From Lingula anatina (taxonomy: Eukaryota; Animalia; Brachiopoda), in contig CM120642.1 of NCBI GenBank assembly GCA_051362555.1, positions 24,180,001 to 24,244,000 on the forward strand: a stretch of DNA of 64,000 nt, written 5' to 3'. A model generated the notes under the pieces. It had not been told where the DNA came from. It made no database searches and saw only the letters and a list, made by a program, of their open reading frames with translations. Position numbers and translations under genes: made by a program. Position 1 is the first letter of the stretch. The number at the start of each line of letters is the position of its first letter. Below are positions 12,901 through 26,062 of this stretch, piece after piece.

Positions 12901-15900
12901 CACTTGTACCAATACAGTAATATATTATTCAGACATTTTTAATCAAAAAACCTTTTATTTCCTTTTTTCACCTGATCAGTTAACATAAAAAAGATTATAA
13001 AATGTGATATTCAGCATATATGTAGAACAAAGATCATATGAAAAAACATAAAGTGAAGCATTTGTCGATTGTAACTTTTTTACGTACTTCTGATGGCTGA
13101 TACTTGGACAAGGGAGGGAATTCAGTTTCTGACTGAATATTTGGAACTACTGGAGAATGATCCACCACACCAATCTCCTTCCTGACTGTTAAGCTTGCCT
13201 TTGCCTGCTTTTCAAACCTAGGCTTTTGTTGTCCATCTTTGGTCTTCTGATGATTGTCTGGTGGTTTACCAATTACTTTAGTTTGGCCTTTGCCTTTCAC
13301 CTGCTGTGAGAAATAATAATCAAATAAATGGGTATTATGAAACAAAAACATTTATATATTATTCAGAAATTTAAAATGAAGAAAAATTCTTAAAATGTTT
13401 GAAAACGTGATCAGCTTTCATTTAAAAGAAAAAAAGTGTCATATTCACCATATACATGTATTCAGAATAAAGATCACATGAAAAACATAAAACAAAGCAT
13501 TTTTTTTGGTCGTTTGTAACTTTTATACTTACTTCTGATGGAGCACACTTTGGCAAGGGAGGAAATTCACTTTCTGACTGAATATTTGGGACTACAGGAG
13601 AATGATCCCCAACATCAATTTCTTTCCTGCCTGTTGAGGTTGTTTTCAACAGCTTCTCAAACTCAGGCTTTCGTTGGCCAGCATTGGTCTTATGGTGCCT
13701 GTCTCGTGGTTTACCAATTACTTCAGTGTGGCATTTGCCCTTCACCTGTATTCAGAAATAATAATTAAAAAGAATAATAAAATTTAATTTATTTTTTATG
13801 TTGTCTGTTTGGTTGTTTACCAAGTACATGGTTTGGGAACTTGCACCTTCCCCTGTATCAAAGTGTTATATATTATTCAGACACTTTAAAAAATTTTTCT
13901 GTCAAAAATTATAATATGACCAGTTACAAAATTTATCCATCACAAAATCACATTCATTTGGTTTGATTCCTACTTACCAAATTTTCCACCTTTTTGTTGT
14001 CAATCTTAGTTGTAAAATCAGGCTCTGGCCCCTTATGACCTTGCTTTTCAACATTTTGTGCCGTGAATTTGTTCTTGGGCATGCCTGATCTCCTTGGTAA
14101 AACATCAGGCTCCTTTTGTTTTTCTTTCCTCCCTTTCAGTTTCTTCTGCTTAAGGAAATAATAATTAAATAGATAATATAAATGAATTAAAATGTCAATT
14201 TGTAACATTCTGAGTAGCCTGTCTCATTGTTTACTTATTGCTTCAGCTTGAATGCTGTCTGTATCAAAACAGTAATATATTATTCAGACAATTTAAATCA
14301 AGAAAAGGTATTATTATGTTTAAAACCTGCCCGGTTAACATCATGAAAAAAAAAGCTTACCATATATATACACTTCATGTAGTATAGTTGCTGTCTCTTT
14401 TTAATTTCTTTTTTTTTTTTCTTTTTTTTTTTTAACTTACTTTATTCCATTTCATTTACTGATTATGGATATCTCACCTTGTTTTTGATTTTGTTCATGA
14501 GTTTGGCTGTGAACTTCTTTTCACTTAGGAGACGTGCAGCCACTGACTTCATTGTGGATTCAAATGTCTCCTCACTACAGCCTGGTCCCATCAGTGAAAT
14601 GCTGGAGTTGACTTTCTGTTCAAGACACACACCTGTTGAGTTTGCCTTGGGATGCTTAAAATATATATCATTGTAACACTAAACGGTTTTGTAAAGTAAA
14701 GTAAATCAATACTCAATAATCGCTATATATACAATATGAGTAAGAATATTTTTCTAAAGTGCCCTGTCCACACACACAACTTTTATGAAGTGTCGACAAT
14801 ATATACTCAGACTCCTAATTATACAAATAAAATAGCGTTTTTTCTTTTCATTTTTCTGTTCTTTTTTCTTCTTGATAACAAAAACTTTAATCACACAGCG
14901 ATTCACTTATGACCATCTATACATTTAAAATTTAGATTTAAGTTTCAAAAAGCCCCCTTACTTTGTCATCTTTTCTGTCTTCAGTCTTGATAATTTCTCT
15001 GCAGGTTGAGTTTATGTTATTCCTGATCTTGACCAGGCTTAGATGCCTCAGCATTCCCATCTGAATTATGGGCTGTATAAAAACACACAAAGTAAATGTC
15101 TATGCTATGTATAAGAACATGCTTCACAAACAAAAACAGAGAGAGAGAGAAAGTGTGCTTGTGTCCAATAACATTCGCTGAATAATCAGACCCAATACCC
15201 ATACCCAATTTTGTGTCACTTTCAACCATAACCCCCTGCCCTCCGCTTCTAAAAGCATTAGCCATTATAGAACAAAATGGCCAGTGCTTTCATTTAAAAT
15301 ATTAATATTAAAATATCAGTAGAACATTCGGCCCAATTGCCACATTGCAATATTACGCTATTTTATAGTATATTCTCAGAGCCCTATAATCCTACTTGGC
15401 ACAGTTGTTTAGAAATTACTGTTATGCAGATTAGGTTTGCATACATGAATACGTACTTTGATCAACATGGCTGAATGCATTTCTTTGATGTACATCATTG
15501 CCAGTGGATGGACCTGCAGTGAAAGAATCACATCACTTCTGTCATAAATATACCTGTAGTTTTGGCATACACTGTAAAATATGCTATCAGTTATTTGTTT
15601 CTCAAAACAAATTGCTCAGGTGTTTTTATCTTTAGACAACTACATGTTTTAATTTATGATCATAATGTTGATTATTTCAAACATACCTCTACTCGAGCAG
15701 TCTGAGGTAGATTAACTTTTACCATATTTCTGTCTCCCAGTTCACGTAATTTGGCAACATGAACATGGGGCTACAATTAAAAAAAAAGAAGTAATAACTA
15801 AGGTTGTCATACACCTGTGGATCCAAAAAAAAAAAAAAAAGTGAGACACTGCAGGTAAATATATTACAGTGGCCAACTTCACCTATCTTTCTCAACTTAG

Positions 15901-18010
15901 AATTGATGGAAATCAGTACCTCAGCAATTGCTATATACATTAAGCTTTAATGGACAGTCAGAAGAATTTAGATTTATATGCAATAAAAATGAAGCGAATA
16001 TATTCTGATCTTGCCAAGGTATCTGATCAATAATTATGAAGTTCTTGGACAAAAACATTAGGTATCTTCATGAAGTAAATAGCTGAATGATACATATGTA
16101 CCTTTGTCTCAACATGCTTTTCAAAATAAACAAAGGAATGACCAAGAAAAGGTCACCCATGGCCAGTTGTGAAAGTAATGGTAGGCTTAGGAACCGAAGT
16201 CTGGGGTCCCCATGTGATTAGCACAGATTATAACGTTGGTTGGAGTATTGGGGTTAGTATTTGGGACCTGTAATACTACTAATGGGGAATGGACCAAAGT
16301 TCCTAACAGACTACCATTCCTGTCCCACCAGTGGTCCCTTTTTAAATTAATACATGTATATTCATACGCTACACCTAAGAAAAGCAGGTTTGTGAAGTGC
16401 CCAAGAAAAAATGGCATTCTCTAGCACTTACCTGTCTCAACACAACTACACACGAATGGAACTGCTTTGCTTCAGTCTCTTGCACAGAGGTCTGGCCTTT
16501 CTTTGTCCTTTGTACCTTTTACAAAAACAGACAATTGATTGATTTTTTATGATCAAGTTCGTAATAAGGTCAAGGGAACAAAACTAAATTGGCAATGTAC
16601 TCTTTAACCAACATCAAAAACAAGATCAAAGTTGTGATTATGTTCAACATCAACCGCTGATCCATTACAAATTATGCAATCAATTACAAAATGTGTCAAA
16701 CACTACTAATAAAAGATTTTTAAAAATGGTTTAATTAACATAGCATCATTTGTTTCATCCCAATGGCAATGTTTACCTCATTTTCCAGAAAAGTGGGTGT
16801 TTCCAAGACCAATGTATCTATAACTGAAATTTCATCTTTGTCATCAGTCTCAGTTCTGGTCAAAGGAGATGGAGGTGCTGAAGGCAATGACCTCTGCATC
16901 TTTTGTTTTCCGTTCTTCAAATTCAATTTCTTGCAGTTTGTTACTTCTTTAAGTACTTCTGATGGGTCATGCTTGGACAAGGGAGGGAATTCAGTTTCTG
17001 ACTGAATATTTGGAACTACTGGAGAATGGTCCCCCACACCAATCTCCTTCCTGTCTGTTGAGCTTGCCTTTGCCTGTTTTTCAATCCTATGCTTTAGTTT
17101 GCCATCAGTCTTAAGTTGCTCAGATGTTGGTTTACCAATTACTTGTGTTTGATACTTGCCCTTCTTTACCTATTTAGATAATCATATTTTGATAATGCAT
17201 TTTTATATTAAGATAAAGTTTAAGATGTGTTAAAACAAAGGTCTGTGAGATTAAATGTTGAAAAAAGCCTTTTTAATTTATAATGTATACAAAACTTGCA
17301 CCCTTCAATTTGTATTTTGAATTTTTTACCATATTATCTATTTATGTTCACATTAAACCCGTATTTATTTTTAAAGAAATTTAGTTGTTGGTTTATTTAT
17401 TTATTTTTACCTTTTCTTTTGGGCTGATTGTAATCTCCTTTTCTTTGCAGAGATGTGAGACCACTGAGGTGGCTTGGCTCATCATGCATTCAGATGTGCG
17501 TGCACTTTCTAGGAAACGTGCACCACAGACTGGGCCCATCAGTAATATGCTGGGGTCCATGCTGTTTAACGCCTGCACGTCTTGGTCTGATATCTGAGCA
17601 TTGTTGGTGGAATTCTGTCTAATCAAGAGGATGCTCGGGTCCACTCCCATGAGAACCTTTGATGGGGAGACAGATTTCTGTTGAAATTGTGGTTCTTCAG
17701 TAAAAGAATTTGCATTCTTTTCTGTCTGCTCGTCTGTTGAACTGCATTTGACATCTTCTTTTCCTTTGTCCCTCGCCTTCTGTAATAAATAATTATAAAA
17801 TAATGAAATAAATAAAATGAGTCAAAATGCTACTTTCCAATTTTTTTCTTTTGCCCGTCTGGTTGTTTGCCAATTACCTGAGTTGAGAACTTGCCCATCA
17901 CATATCAAAATGGAAATATATCATTTGGACACTTATCGATTAAGAAAAAATTATTTTCTTTTATAACCTGATCAGTTAACATAATAAAAGATGATGAAGT
18001 GTTATATTCA

Positions 18011-18066
<56 letters not shown>

Positions 18067-21000
18067 AGAACAATGATCATATGAAAAAACAAAATTAAGC
18101 ATTTGTTGATTGTGAACCTCTTACGTACTTCTGATGGCTCATACTTGGACAAGGGAGGGAATTCAGTTTCTGACTGAATGTCTGGGACTACTGGATAATG
18201 ATCCACCACACCAATCTGCTTTTCAATCCAAGGCTTTTGGTGGCCAGCATTGGTCTTAAGTTGCCCCTCAGGTGGTTTACCAATTACTGCAGTTTGGACT
18301 TTGTCCTTCACCTGCTTTAAGAAATAATAATAAAATGAATAAAGATGCCACTCTTCAACATTTTCTGTTACCTGTCTGATTGTTTGTCAGTTACTTTACT
18401 AAGCTTATTGCCCTTCACTTAATTGTACCAATACAAGTGAACACGTAAATCAAGAAAAAATATTATTTTCTTTTTTAACCTGATTAGTTGACATAATAAA
18501 AGTGTCATATAATCATACATTTGGAATAAAGATTACATAAAAACAAAGCATTTGTTGTTTGTAACTTTTTATTTACGTACTTCTGTTGGGTCATGCTTGG
18601 ACAAGGGAGGGCATTCAGTATGTGACTGAATATTTGGAACCACTGGAGAATGATCCACCACACCAATCTCCTTCCTGACTGTTGAGCTCGCCTTTGACTG
18701 CTTTTTGGTCCTAGGCTTTCGTTGGCCATCATTGGTCTCACGGTGCCTATCTGGTGGTTTACCAATTACTTCAGTTTGGCCTTTGCCTTTCACCTGCTTG
18801 AAGAAATAATAATCAAATAAATGGATAGTATGAATCAAAATGCCACATTTTTTTATCTTACCTGTCTGGTTGTTCACCAAGTATTTCAAAGCTGTATCAA
18901 ATCAGTTATATATTTTTCAGACATTTCGAATAAAGAAAAATTATTATCATGTTTGAAAACCTGAGCAGTTATCATTAAAAAAAAAATTGTCAAATTCACC
19001 ACATATTCATAAAGAAGATCACATGAAAAACAGAAAACAAAGCATTTTTTGTTTGCTACTTTTATACTTACATCTGATGGAACACACTTTGGCAAGGGAG
19101 GGAATTCAGTTTCTGACTGAATATTTGGAACTACTGGAGAATGATCCCCCACACCAATCTCCTTTTCATCTGTTGAGGTCGCTTTCAACTGCTTCTCAAA
19201 CTTAGGCTTTCGTCTGCCAGCATTGGTCTTGCGTTGCCTGTCTGGTGGTTTACCAATGACTTCAGTTTGGCAACTGCCCTTCACCTGCTTTAAGAAATAA
19301 TAAATAAATAGATTAATAAAATTAAACTTTCTTTATTATTATTTTTTTTATGTTGTCTCTTTGGTTGTTTAGCATGTACTCAAGTTGGGAACTTCCGTCC
19401 TTCCCCGTATCAAAACTTGTTATATATATTTTTCAGACATTTAAAAAAGGTTTTTTTGATAAAGATTATAATATGACCAATTACAAAATTTACTTGTTAT
19501 ATAAGACAAAGATGTAACAGTTGCAAAACTGCTTAAATCACATTTAGATTGATTGATTCCTACTTTCTGAAATGCTTACCGTATTTTCTACTTTTTCGTT
19601 GTCAAACTTGGTTGTACAATCAGGCTCTGGCCTCTTATAATCTTGCTTTTCAACATTTTGTGCCTTGAATTTCTTCTTGGGCATGCTTGATCTCCTTGGT
19701 AAAACATCAGGCTCCTTTTGCTTTTCTTTCTTCCCTTTCAGTTTCTTCTGCTGTGGGAAATAACAATTAATTAGATGAATATATATGAAAAAAGTGGCAA
19801 TTTTAACATTCAAAGTTGCATGTCTCATTATTTACCAATTGCTTCAGCTTGAACACTTTGCTTATATCAAAATAGTAATATATTATTCAGGCAATTTAAA
19901 TTAAAAAAGGGTATTACTATGCTTTAAAACCTGATAGGTAAACATCATAAAAAAAGCTAAGTGTCATATTTACCACATACACTTCATGTAGTAGTTGCTT
20001 TCTCTTTTCAATTTCTTTTACTTATTTTATTCCATTTCATTTAATGATTATGGATATCTCACCTTGTTTTTGATTTTGTTCATGAGTTTGGCTGTGAACT
20101 TCTTTTCACTTAGAAGACGTGCAGCCACTGACTTCATCTTGGATTCAAATGTCTCCTCACTACAGCCTGGTCCCATCAGTGAAATGCTGGAGGTGGCTTT
20201 CTGTTCAATACACTCACCAGTTGAGTTTGCTTTGGGATGCTTAATAAAATATATATCATTGTAACACTAAACAGTTCTACAAATTAAAATACATCAATAC
20301 TTATCGATATACCATATGAGTAAGAATATATTTCTAAAGTGTCTTGTCCATACATCTAACTTTTACGAAGTGTCAACAATATAAGCTCAGGCTACTGATT
20401 TTACCAAAAATAGCACATTTTTTTCTTTTTTTCTTCTTGATAACAAAAGTTTTAATCAGACAGCAATTCACTTATGACCATCTATGCATTTAAAATTTAG
20501 ATTTAAGTTTTAAAAAGTCCCCTTACTTTATCGTCTTTTCTGTCTCCAGTTGAGTTGTTATTCCTGATCTTTACCAGGCTTACATGCCTCAACATTCCCA
20601 TCTGAATTATGGGCTGTATAAAAACACACAAAGTAAATGTCTATATATATGCTATATAAAAAGAGAGAGAGAGAGAGGGTGCATCATGAATAACAACATT
20701 TGCTGAATAATCAGACTTTTATTTCAGCGAAACATTTAGTTCCATGCCCTGTTAATTCCTCTTACTTGCATCCCATAATTCTCTGCCCTCTGCTTCCAAT
20801 AATATCCACCTTCACAGAACAAAGTGGCTAGTGCTTAATACCAGTTGACCTTTTGGTCTTTTTGCGACATTACGTTATATTATATTCTCAGAGTCCTTTA
20901 ATCCTATTTGGCATAGTTGATATGAAATTACTGTTAAGCAGTTTAGATGCACATACATAAATACATACTTTGGTCAACATGGCTGAATGCATTTCCTTGA

Positions 21001-22195
21001 TGTACATCATTGTCAGTGTATGGACCTGCATTAAAAGAGTCACATCACTTCTGTCATATGTATATCTCTAGTTTTGGCATGCATTGTAAAATATGCTATC
21101 AGTTCATTATTTCTTCAAACAAATAGCAGATGTTTTTTTTTCTTTGGATTAATACACTACATTTTTTCATTTATGATAATCATAATGCAGATTATTAAAA
21201 AGTTACCTCTATTCTGGCAGTTTGAGGTAGATTAATCTTGACAATATTTCTGTCCCCCAATTCACGTAACTGGGCAGCATGAGTGTGGGGCTAAAGTTTT
21301 GAAAAAGGAGAAGTAATAAATATGGTTATTAAATATCTGTGGATGCCAGAAAAAGAAAATGGCAGGATGCAGGTTTATAGGTTAATCTCACAGCGCCTAA
21401 AGTCATCCAACTTAGAATTTATTGAAATAAGAACTGCGACAATTGCCAGATTTTCCAGTAGAGATATTTAAAGCGTTTTGATTTTGCCTAGTTATCAATT
21501 GTTTAAGTTTCAAAATTACTCCTTACTTTGTCATCTTTTCTGTATCCAGCATTGACTATTTTTCTGTAAGTTGAGTTGCTATTCCTGATGCTGACTAGCC
21601 TTAGGAACCTCAGCATTCCCATATGAATTGAGGACTGTATAAAAAAACACACAAAAGTTATTGTCTATACCGGTATCTGCTATATAACAAAGCACTCTTA
21701 AAAAGAGAGAAAATACACCTGATGCGCAAAAGAAATCGCTGAATAATCTGAGTGTCATTCCATCCAAACATTGAGATCCAGTCTTAATTTTGTGACTTTT
21801 TACCTCTAACCTGAAATCCCATACATATAACACCCCTACCCCATGCTTTCAGCAGAGTTTGACATACCGAGTAACCGAGTAACAGAGAAGCTAGTTCCTA
21901 AAATACCAATATAACTCTCGATCTTATTGCGACAGTACGTTATTTGTTATTCTCAGATCCCTCTTATCCCATTCGGCAAAGTTGTCTAGAGAAAGTTGTT
22001 ATGCAATTTAGGTCTTAATATATGAATACCTACTTTCGTCAACATGGCTGAATATATTTCTTTGATGTACATCATTGCCAGAGGATGGACCTGCAGCAAA
22101 AGAGGCATATTAATTCTGTTATAAATATATCTGTAGTTTGAGCATACACTTTAAAACAATTATTTTTTAAATAACTGAGGTGTTATTTTCTTTGG

Positions 22196-22252
<57 letters not shown>

Positions 22253-23592
22253 GAGAATTTATTGAACTCAGAACTTATGTTTGCTATGAAATATACATAT
22301 TTAAAAAACCATACCTCTACGCGGGCAGTCTGAGGTAGGTTAATCTTGACTGTATTTCTGTCCCCCAGTTTGCGTAATTGGGCAACATGCACGTGGGGCT
22401 AAATTTAAAAATAAAAGAGAAGTAAAATGTACGGTTATCACACATCTGTGGATGCTGAAAGAAAAAATGGATGAACGAAAACTTTGTCCTAACAAAAATA
22501 TTAAGGAAAACGCCTTACAAATAAGCAAACGAATAAACATAGTTCATCCATCTGGTGGACCATTTTGAATAATACTTATACGTTATACATGTAAGAAAAG
22601 TAGGCCCTACTTGTAGGTTTGTGAAGCGTCCAAAAAAAAAAGGCCTTCTCTAGCACTCACCCGTCTCAACACGACCGCACGTTTGTTCATGGCGCGCCGG
22701 GCGGCTATTAAAATGGACAATATATCAATCAAATCGATCAGCAAACATTAGTCGACTTTTTTTTATTAAAAACGATATGCATATTTAAAGTGTTTGGGGT
22801 GTATATCTTAAATCGCACTCGTAAACGGTGAAACATACACGTTTACCATCCATCCAGTAAAAGAACAGATATACATAAAGTGCGTTGATTTAAAGAAGAA
22901 AAGTTCTTATCTTACCGAGTTCATTTTTCATTTGGTTTTCCCTCTCGCATAGAGCTTCTGAAAAAGAATATAATGATAACCATTTGATTACATCAAAAAT
23001 CACGTGTTATTGAATCATCAAACGATTGCCAACAGGTAACAAGACTAATGATCGCACACTGACTGACATAGTGTGAAATCTTCACCAGTTCTGTCTAATG
23101 TGCAATGATAGCCAGTTGTTTTAGAGCGTCGGCAACGGCCTAGATTAATGTTTTAGAGCGTCGGCAACTAGATTAATGTATAAAAACCGCCAGATCTCTT
23201 ACACATATAAAGGTAAAATAACAGGCAAAACCTTGAAACTCAACCTTTATAAGATTAAGGTGAAATAACTACCAGCTCACCAACACTCGGCGTTACCGGT
23301 GACACTCTGAGTGAGAGCAAGGCTATGTTCTCGTACAGGTTTATACCGTCGCCAATCAACGAGACGGTCAACATTTGTTGACATCACGAAAAAGTAATTT
23401 TGCACTGTAACTTTTACTTTCAGGTTGAATTACACAAACATCAAACCCATTATGATGTGAGCAAATCAGAAATACTATGTGATGTTTCTTGAAAAACGCG
23501 CATTTCTTCTTACACCAACGAATGCTAGTTTTCTTACCATATGCAAATGCGGGAAGGCATACAAAAATCAGCCAGAGCGCACAAAAAGACAT
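5783..23592 (-). CDS. Secreted repetitive Lys-rich modular protein, copy B (38 predicted coding exons, ~2,320 aa)
   Basis: Hand-spliced exons: 23538-23592, 22916-22957, 22661-22704, 22315-22398, 22034-22090, 21527-21634, 21207-21290, 20969-21025, 20527-20613, 20063-20239, 19580-19750, 19072-19284, 18581-18793, 18129-18311, 17411-17779, 16777-17169, 16432-16515, 15687-15770, 15457-15513, 14962-15072, 14478-14654, 13978-14148, 13533-13745, 13088-13300, 12563-12775, 12070-12285, 11414-11767, 10820-11215, 10465-10548, 10033-10116, 9742-9798, 9310-9414, 8697-9080, 8301-8513, 7787-7993, 7121-7549, 6474-6890, 5783-6139. From exon 4 on, lengths are multiples of 3 with AG/GT boundaries; the ORF-track fragments match these exons. 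No known family recognised. Confidence 0.75.
18013..18062. repeat. (AT)n microsatellite
   Basis: Direct reading; the paralogous site near 38713 has only a few units. Confidence 0.9.
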
Positions 23593-23699
23593 CAAACGGA
23601 GCACACCTAGAATTAGCTCCACCTGGTCTTCAATTGGGTACTCTTCAAATACGAGTACATTTACTCCGAGTTGCGCGTGATCACATTCGCTACTTTGCA

Positions 23700-23950
23700 T
23701 AATAAATCATTTCAAATTGCATCTGAATCATCTTCACTATCCATGCTTCGTAGTGTTTACGATATCTATGGGCAATGACGTCACTATCAGTGATGTCATG
23801 ACGTTGTGACGTGAACATTGGCAATGACCACGACGATATCAGAAACGTTGACATTGTTGAGAACAATGGACATCAACGACAGAAGTAACGACACTTCCAT
23901 GACAACGGCCAGCGGCAGCGCTTGGTGTTACGTCACTCTTACTGGATAAG
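23700..23950 (-). promoter_or_regulatory. Putative promoter block with CRE/ATF sites (7 copies: ~1440-1680, 4330-4570, 23700-23950, 25420-25660, 45060-45300, 47990-48230, 49790-49960)
   Basis: CpG-rich conserved block just upstream of each signal exon. Perfect TGACGTCA at 4397, 23776, 25486, 45127, 48058, 49849 (TGACATCA at 1501), plus additional TGACGT half-sites and GTTACGTCA. Confidence 0.45.
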
Positions 23951-24116
23951 CCGATGTTTGCCGAATAAACAATGTGATTGTGTTTCTTCGTATAATAAAC
24001 AACTTCTCACTGTATAGAGCACAATGAAGCCATCAATAGCATTAAGATAGAAATATATTACAATATGCATTAGCACGGCCAGACGCCGTCTTTTTCTGAA
24101 TAAAACAATAAAAATG

Positions 24117-24341
24117 TACTAGAAAAGCACTCCGAGAGCGTAGACCTTGCGTAGATTATTATTGATAATTGATCCGGATCTCCACCAAAAACTAATATTT
24201 TCTTCCTTGGCCCACTTTTGACAGTTCCTGAAAATTTCATCAAAATCGGTCCAACACTTTTTGAGTTATGTTGATGACAAACAAACAAACAAGCAAACAG
24301 ACAAACGGGCTTGAAAACATAACCTCCTTGGCGGAGGTAAT
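24117..24341. mobile_element. HINE-like element copy
   Basis: Same structure as 1873-2123. Confidence 0.5.
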
Positions 24342-24396
24342 AAGAGTTCAACCGCTGCTCAAGAGCAGACGTAACACTAGCACTAAGTGGGTTAAG

Positions 24397-24577
24397 CAGT
24401 GGGGTCAGGGGGGGGCCTATGGCACCGTTCACCCTCTAAAATACCTATATTTCCCGTTCCCTTCATCGGGCCCCGAACCCCTCGTTTGGGCCCCGAACCC
24501 CTCGCGAGGGGGGAAGGTCGGGTTCGCATCCGCGGACCCCCCCCCCCCCTTTTCAAATAATCCTGGATCCGACCCTG
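24397..24577. mobile_element. GC-rich MITE (CAG...CTG termini, GTTAAG target duplication), hAT-like
   Basis: Flanked by gttaag on both sides, ends ATCCTGGATCCGACCCTG. Copies at 45982-46149 and ~2175-2363; empty site gtgggttgagcgtg near 48441. Confidence 0.6.
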
Positions 24578-25247
24578 GTTAAGCGTAGAAAAGTTAATCC
24601 ACATCATCCATAAACTAAGATTTACCCTTCATATCATTTATATTATTTTCAACTCTTGCAATTCGCAGCACGTTGATACTTCAAAATCTTAGCATACCAT
24701 TTGAAAAACTAAAATATTTACTATTTACACAATAAACTTGCAATTTATTGAGAACAAGGCCAGTGAGATCAATATCTATGTTTGAACGTCGCGGACTTTT
24801 CCAGTTAAAAAGACCCCGTCCAATTTGAAGAACTGGTTTTAATTACTGAAACTAAATTTTCCTCGTCATATTTTTGTTTTGAGGCGATAGAAAATACGTA
24901 TTTGTACTCTTCGTTACATACATGTATATGGTCGTTTTCGAATTTGCCAATTTTTCTTTTTAATTTCGTCTTGCCTCATTGGCGACCTAAATATCCATGT
25001 GACCTGCAGTATATTATTAAAGATTGCTGTTAAAGCATGATATAATATTTCATAAAAATTGAAGAAAACCCTATTTTGGGCACTGCCGCCATAGCGACCA
25101 TTAAAGGAAAACTATGCCACTTACTCTTCTTAAACTTACAGGAAAGAAACATAGGACTTTTAAAAATACAGCCTATATATATATATATGTGGAAATACTA
25201 TGATATATGATGCTTCTTCTAACACCAACGAATGCTAGTTTTCTTAC

Positions 25248-25302
25248 CATATGCAAATGCGGGAAGGCATACAAAAATCAGCCAGAGCGCACAAAAAGCC
25301 AT
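25248..25302 (-). CDS. Extra signal-peptide exon upstream of copy B
   Basis: MAFCALWLIFVCLPAFAY plus GTAAGA donor in a duplicated 5' module. Confidence 0.45.
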
Positions 25303-26062
25303 CAAACGGAGCACACCTAGAATTAGCTCCACCTGGTCTTCAATTGGGTACTCTTCAAACACGAGTACATTTACTCCGAGTTGCTCGTGATCACATTCGC
25401 TACTTTGCATAATAAACAATTTCAAATTGCATCTGAATCATCTTCACTATCCATGCTTCGTACTGTTTACGATATCTATGGGCAATGACGTCACTATCAG
25501 TGATGTCATGACGTTGTGACGTAAACATTGACAATGACCACAACGATATCAGAAACGTTGACATTGTTGAGAACAATGGACATCAACGACAGAAGTAACG
25601 ACACTTCCATGACAACGGCCAGCGTCAGCGCTTGGTGTTACGTCACTGTTACTGGATTAGCTGATGTTTGCCAATGATTACTGGTGGGTCTGATGAAATT
25701 CTTAAATTACAAAGCTAAAATATATATTTGCATGCTATGCCCTATCACCAAACTATCCCATAATGATTAACAGTGAAAACAAGACACTTCTTATATTACT
25801 CAATACTAAAAAATCGTTTCATGAAAATTATGATAAAAAACAGCAGTAACTGTTACTGACTTGGTTCATCTTTAATATATGGAATGTTTGGGCGTATAGG
25901 TACCATCGTAACAATACCAAATCAGTTAAGCATCCAGTGCTAGAACATATGAACCGGTATATGAAGCTTCCAAAAATAATATTCGCCGATAACTGAAAAG
26001 AGGAAAATCATAATTTGTCAATAACAAATGTCAAACACATTAAGCACGATAAGCAATACGTA

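Noticed and set aside
17905-18102. IYIYIY-containing ORFs (also 43290-43487, 35815-36123)
   Set aside because: Microsatellite read-through.
7787-19284. Regularly spaced ~70-bp conserved repeats as a CRISPR-like or satellite array
   Set aside because: The repeats are the coding 3' halves of GT-AG exons, the spacers are mutually homologous introns, the context is eukaryotic and there are no cas genes.
7121-19284. EFPPL and DPSILL as cytoplasmic RNA-decay short linear motifs (DFPxL/DPAIL-like)
   Set aside because: Only 4-5 residue resemblance and it conflicts with the signal peptide and convertase site; would be reconsidered if the N-terminal exons prove not to splice to the body.
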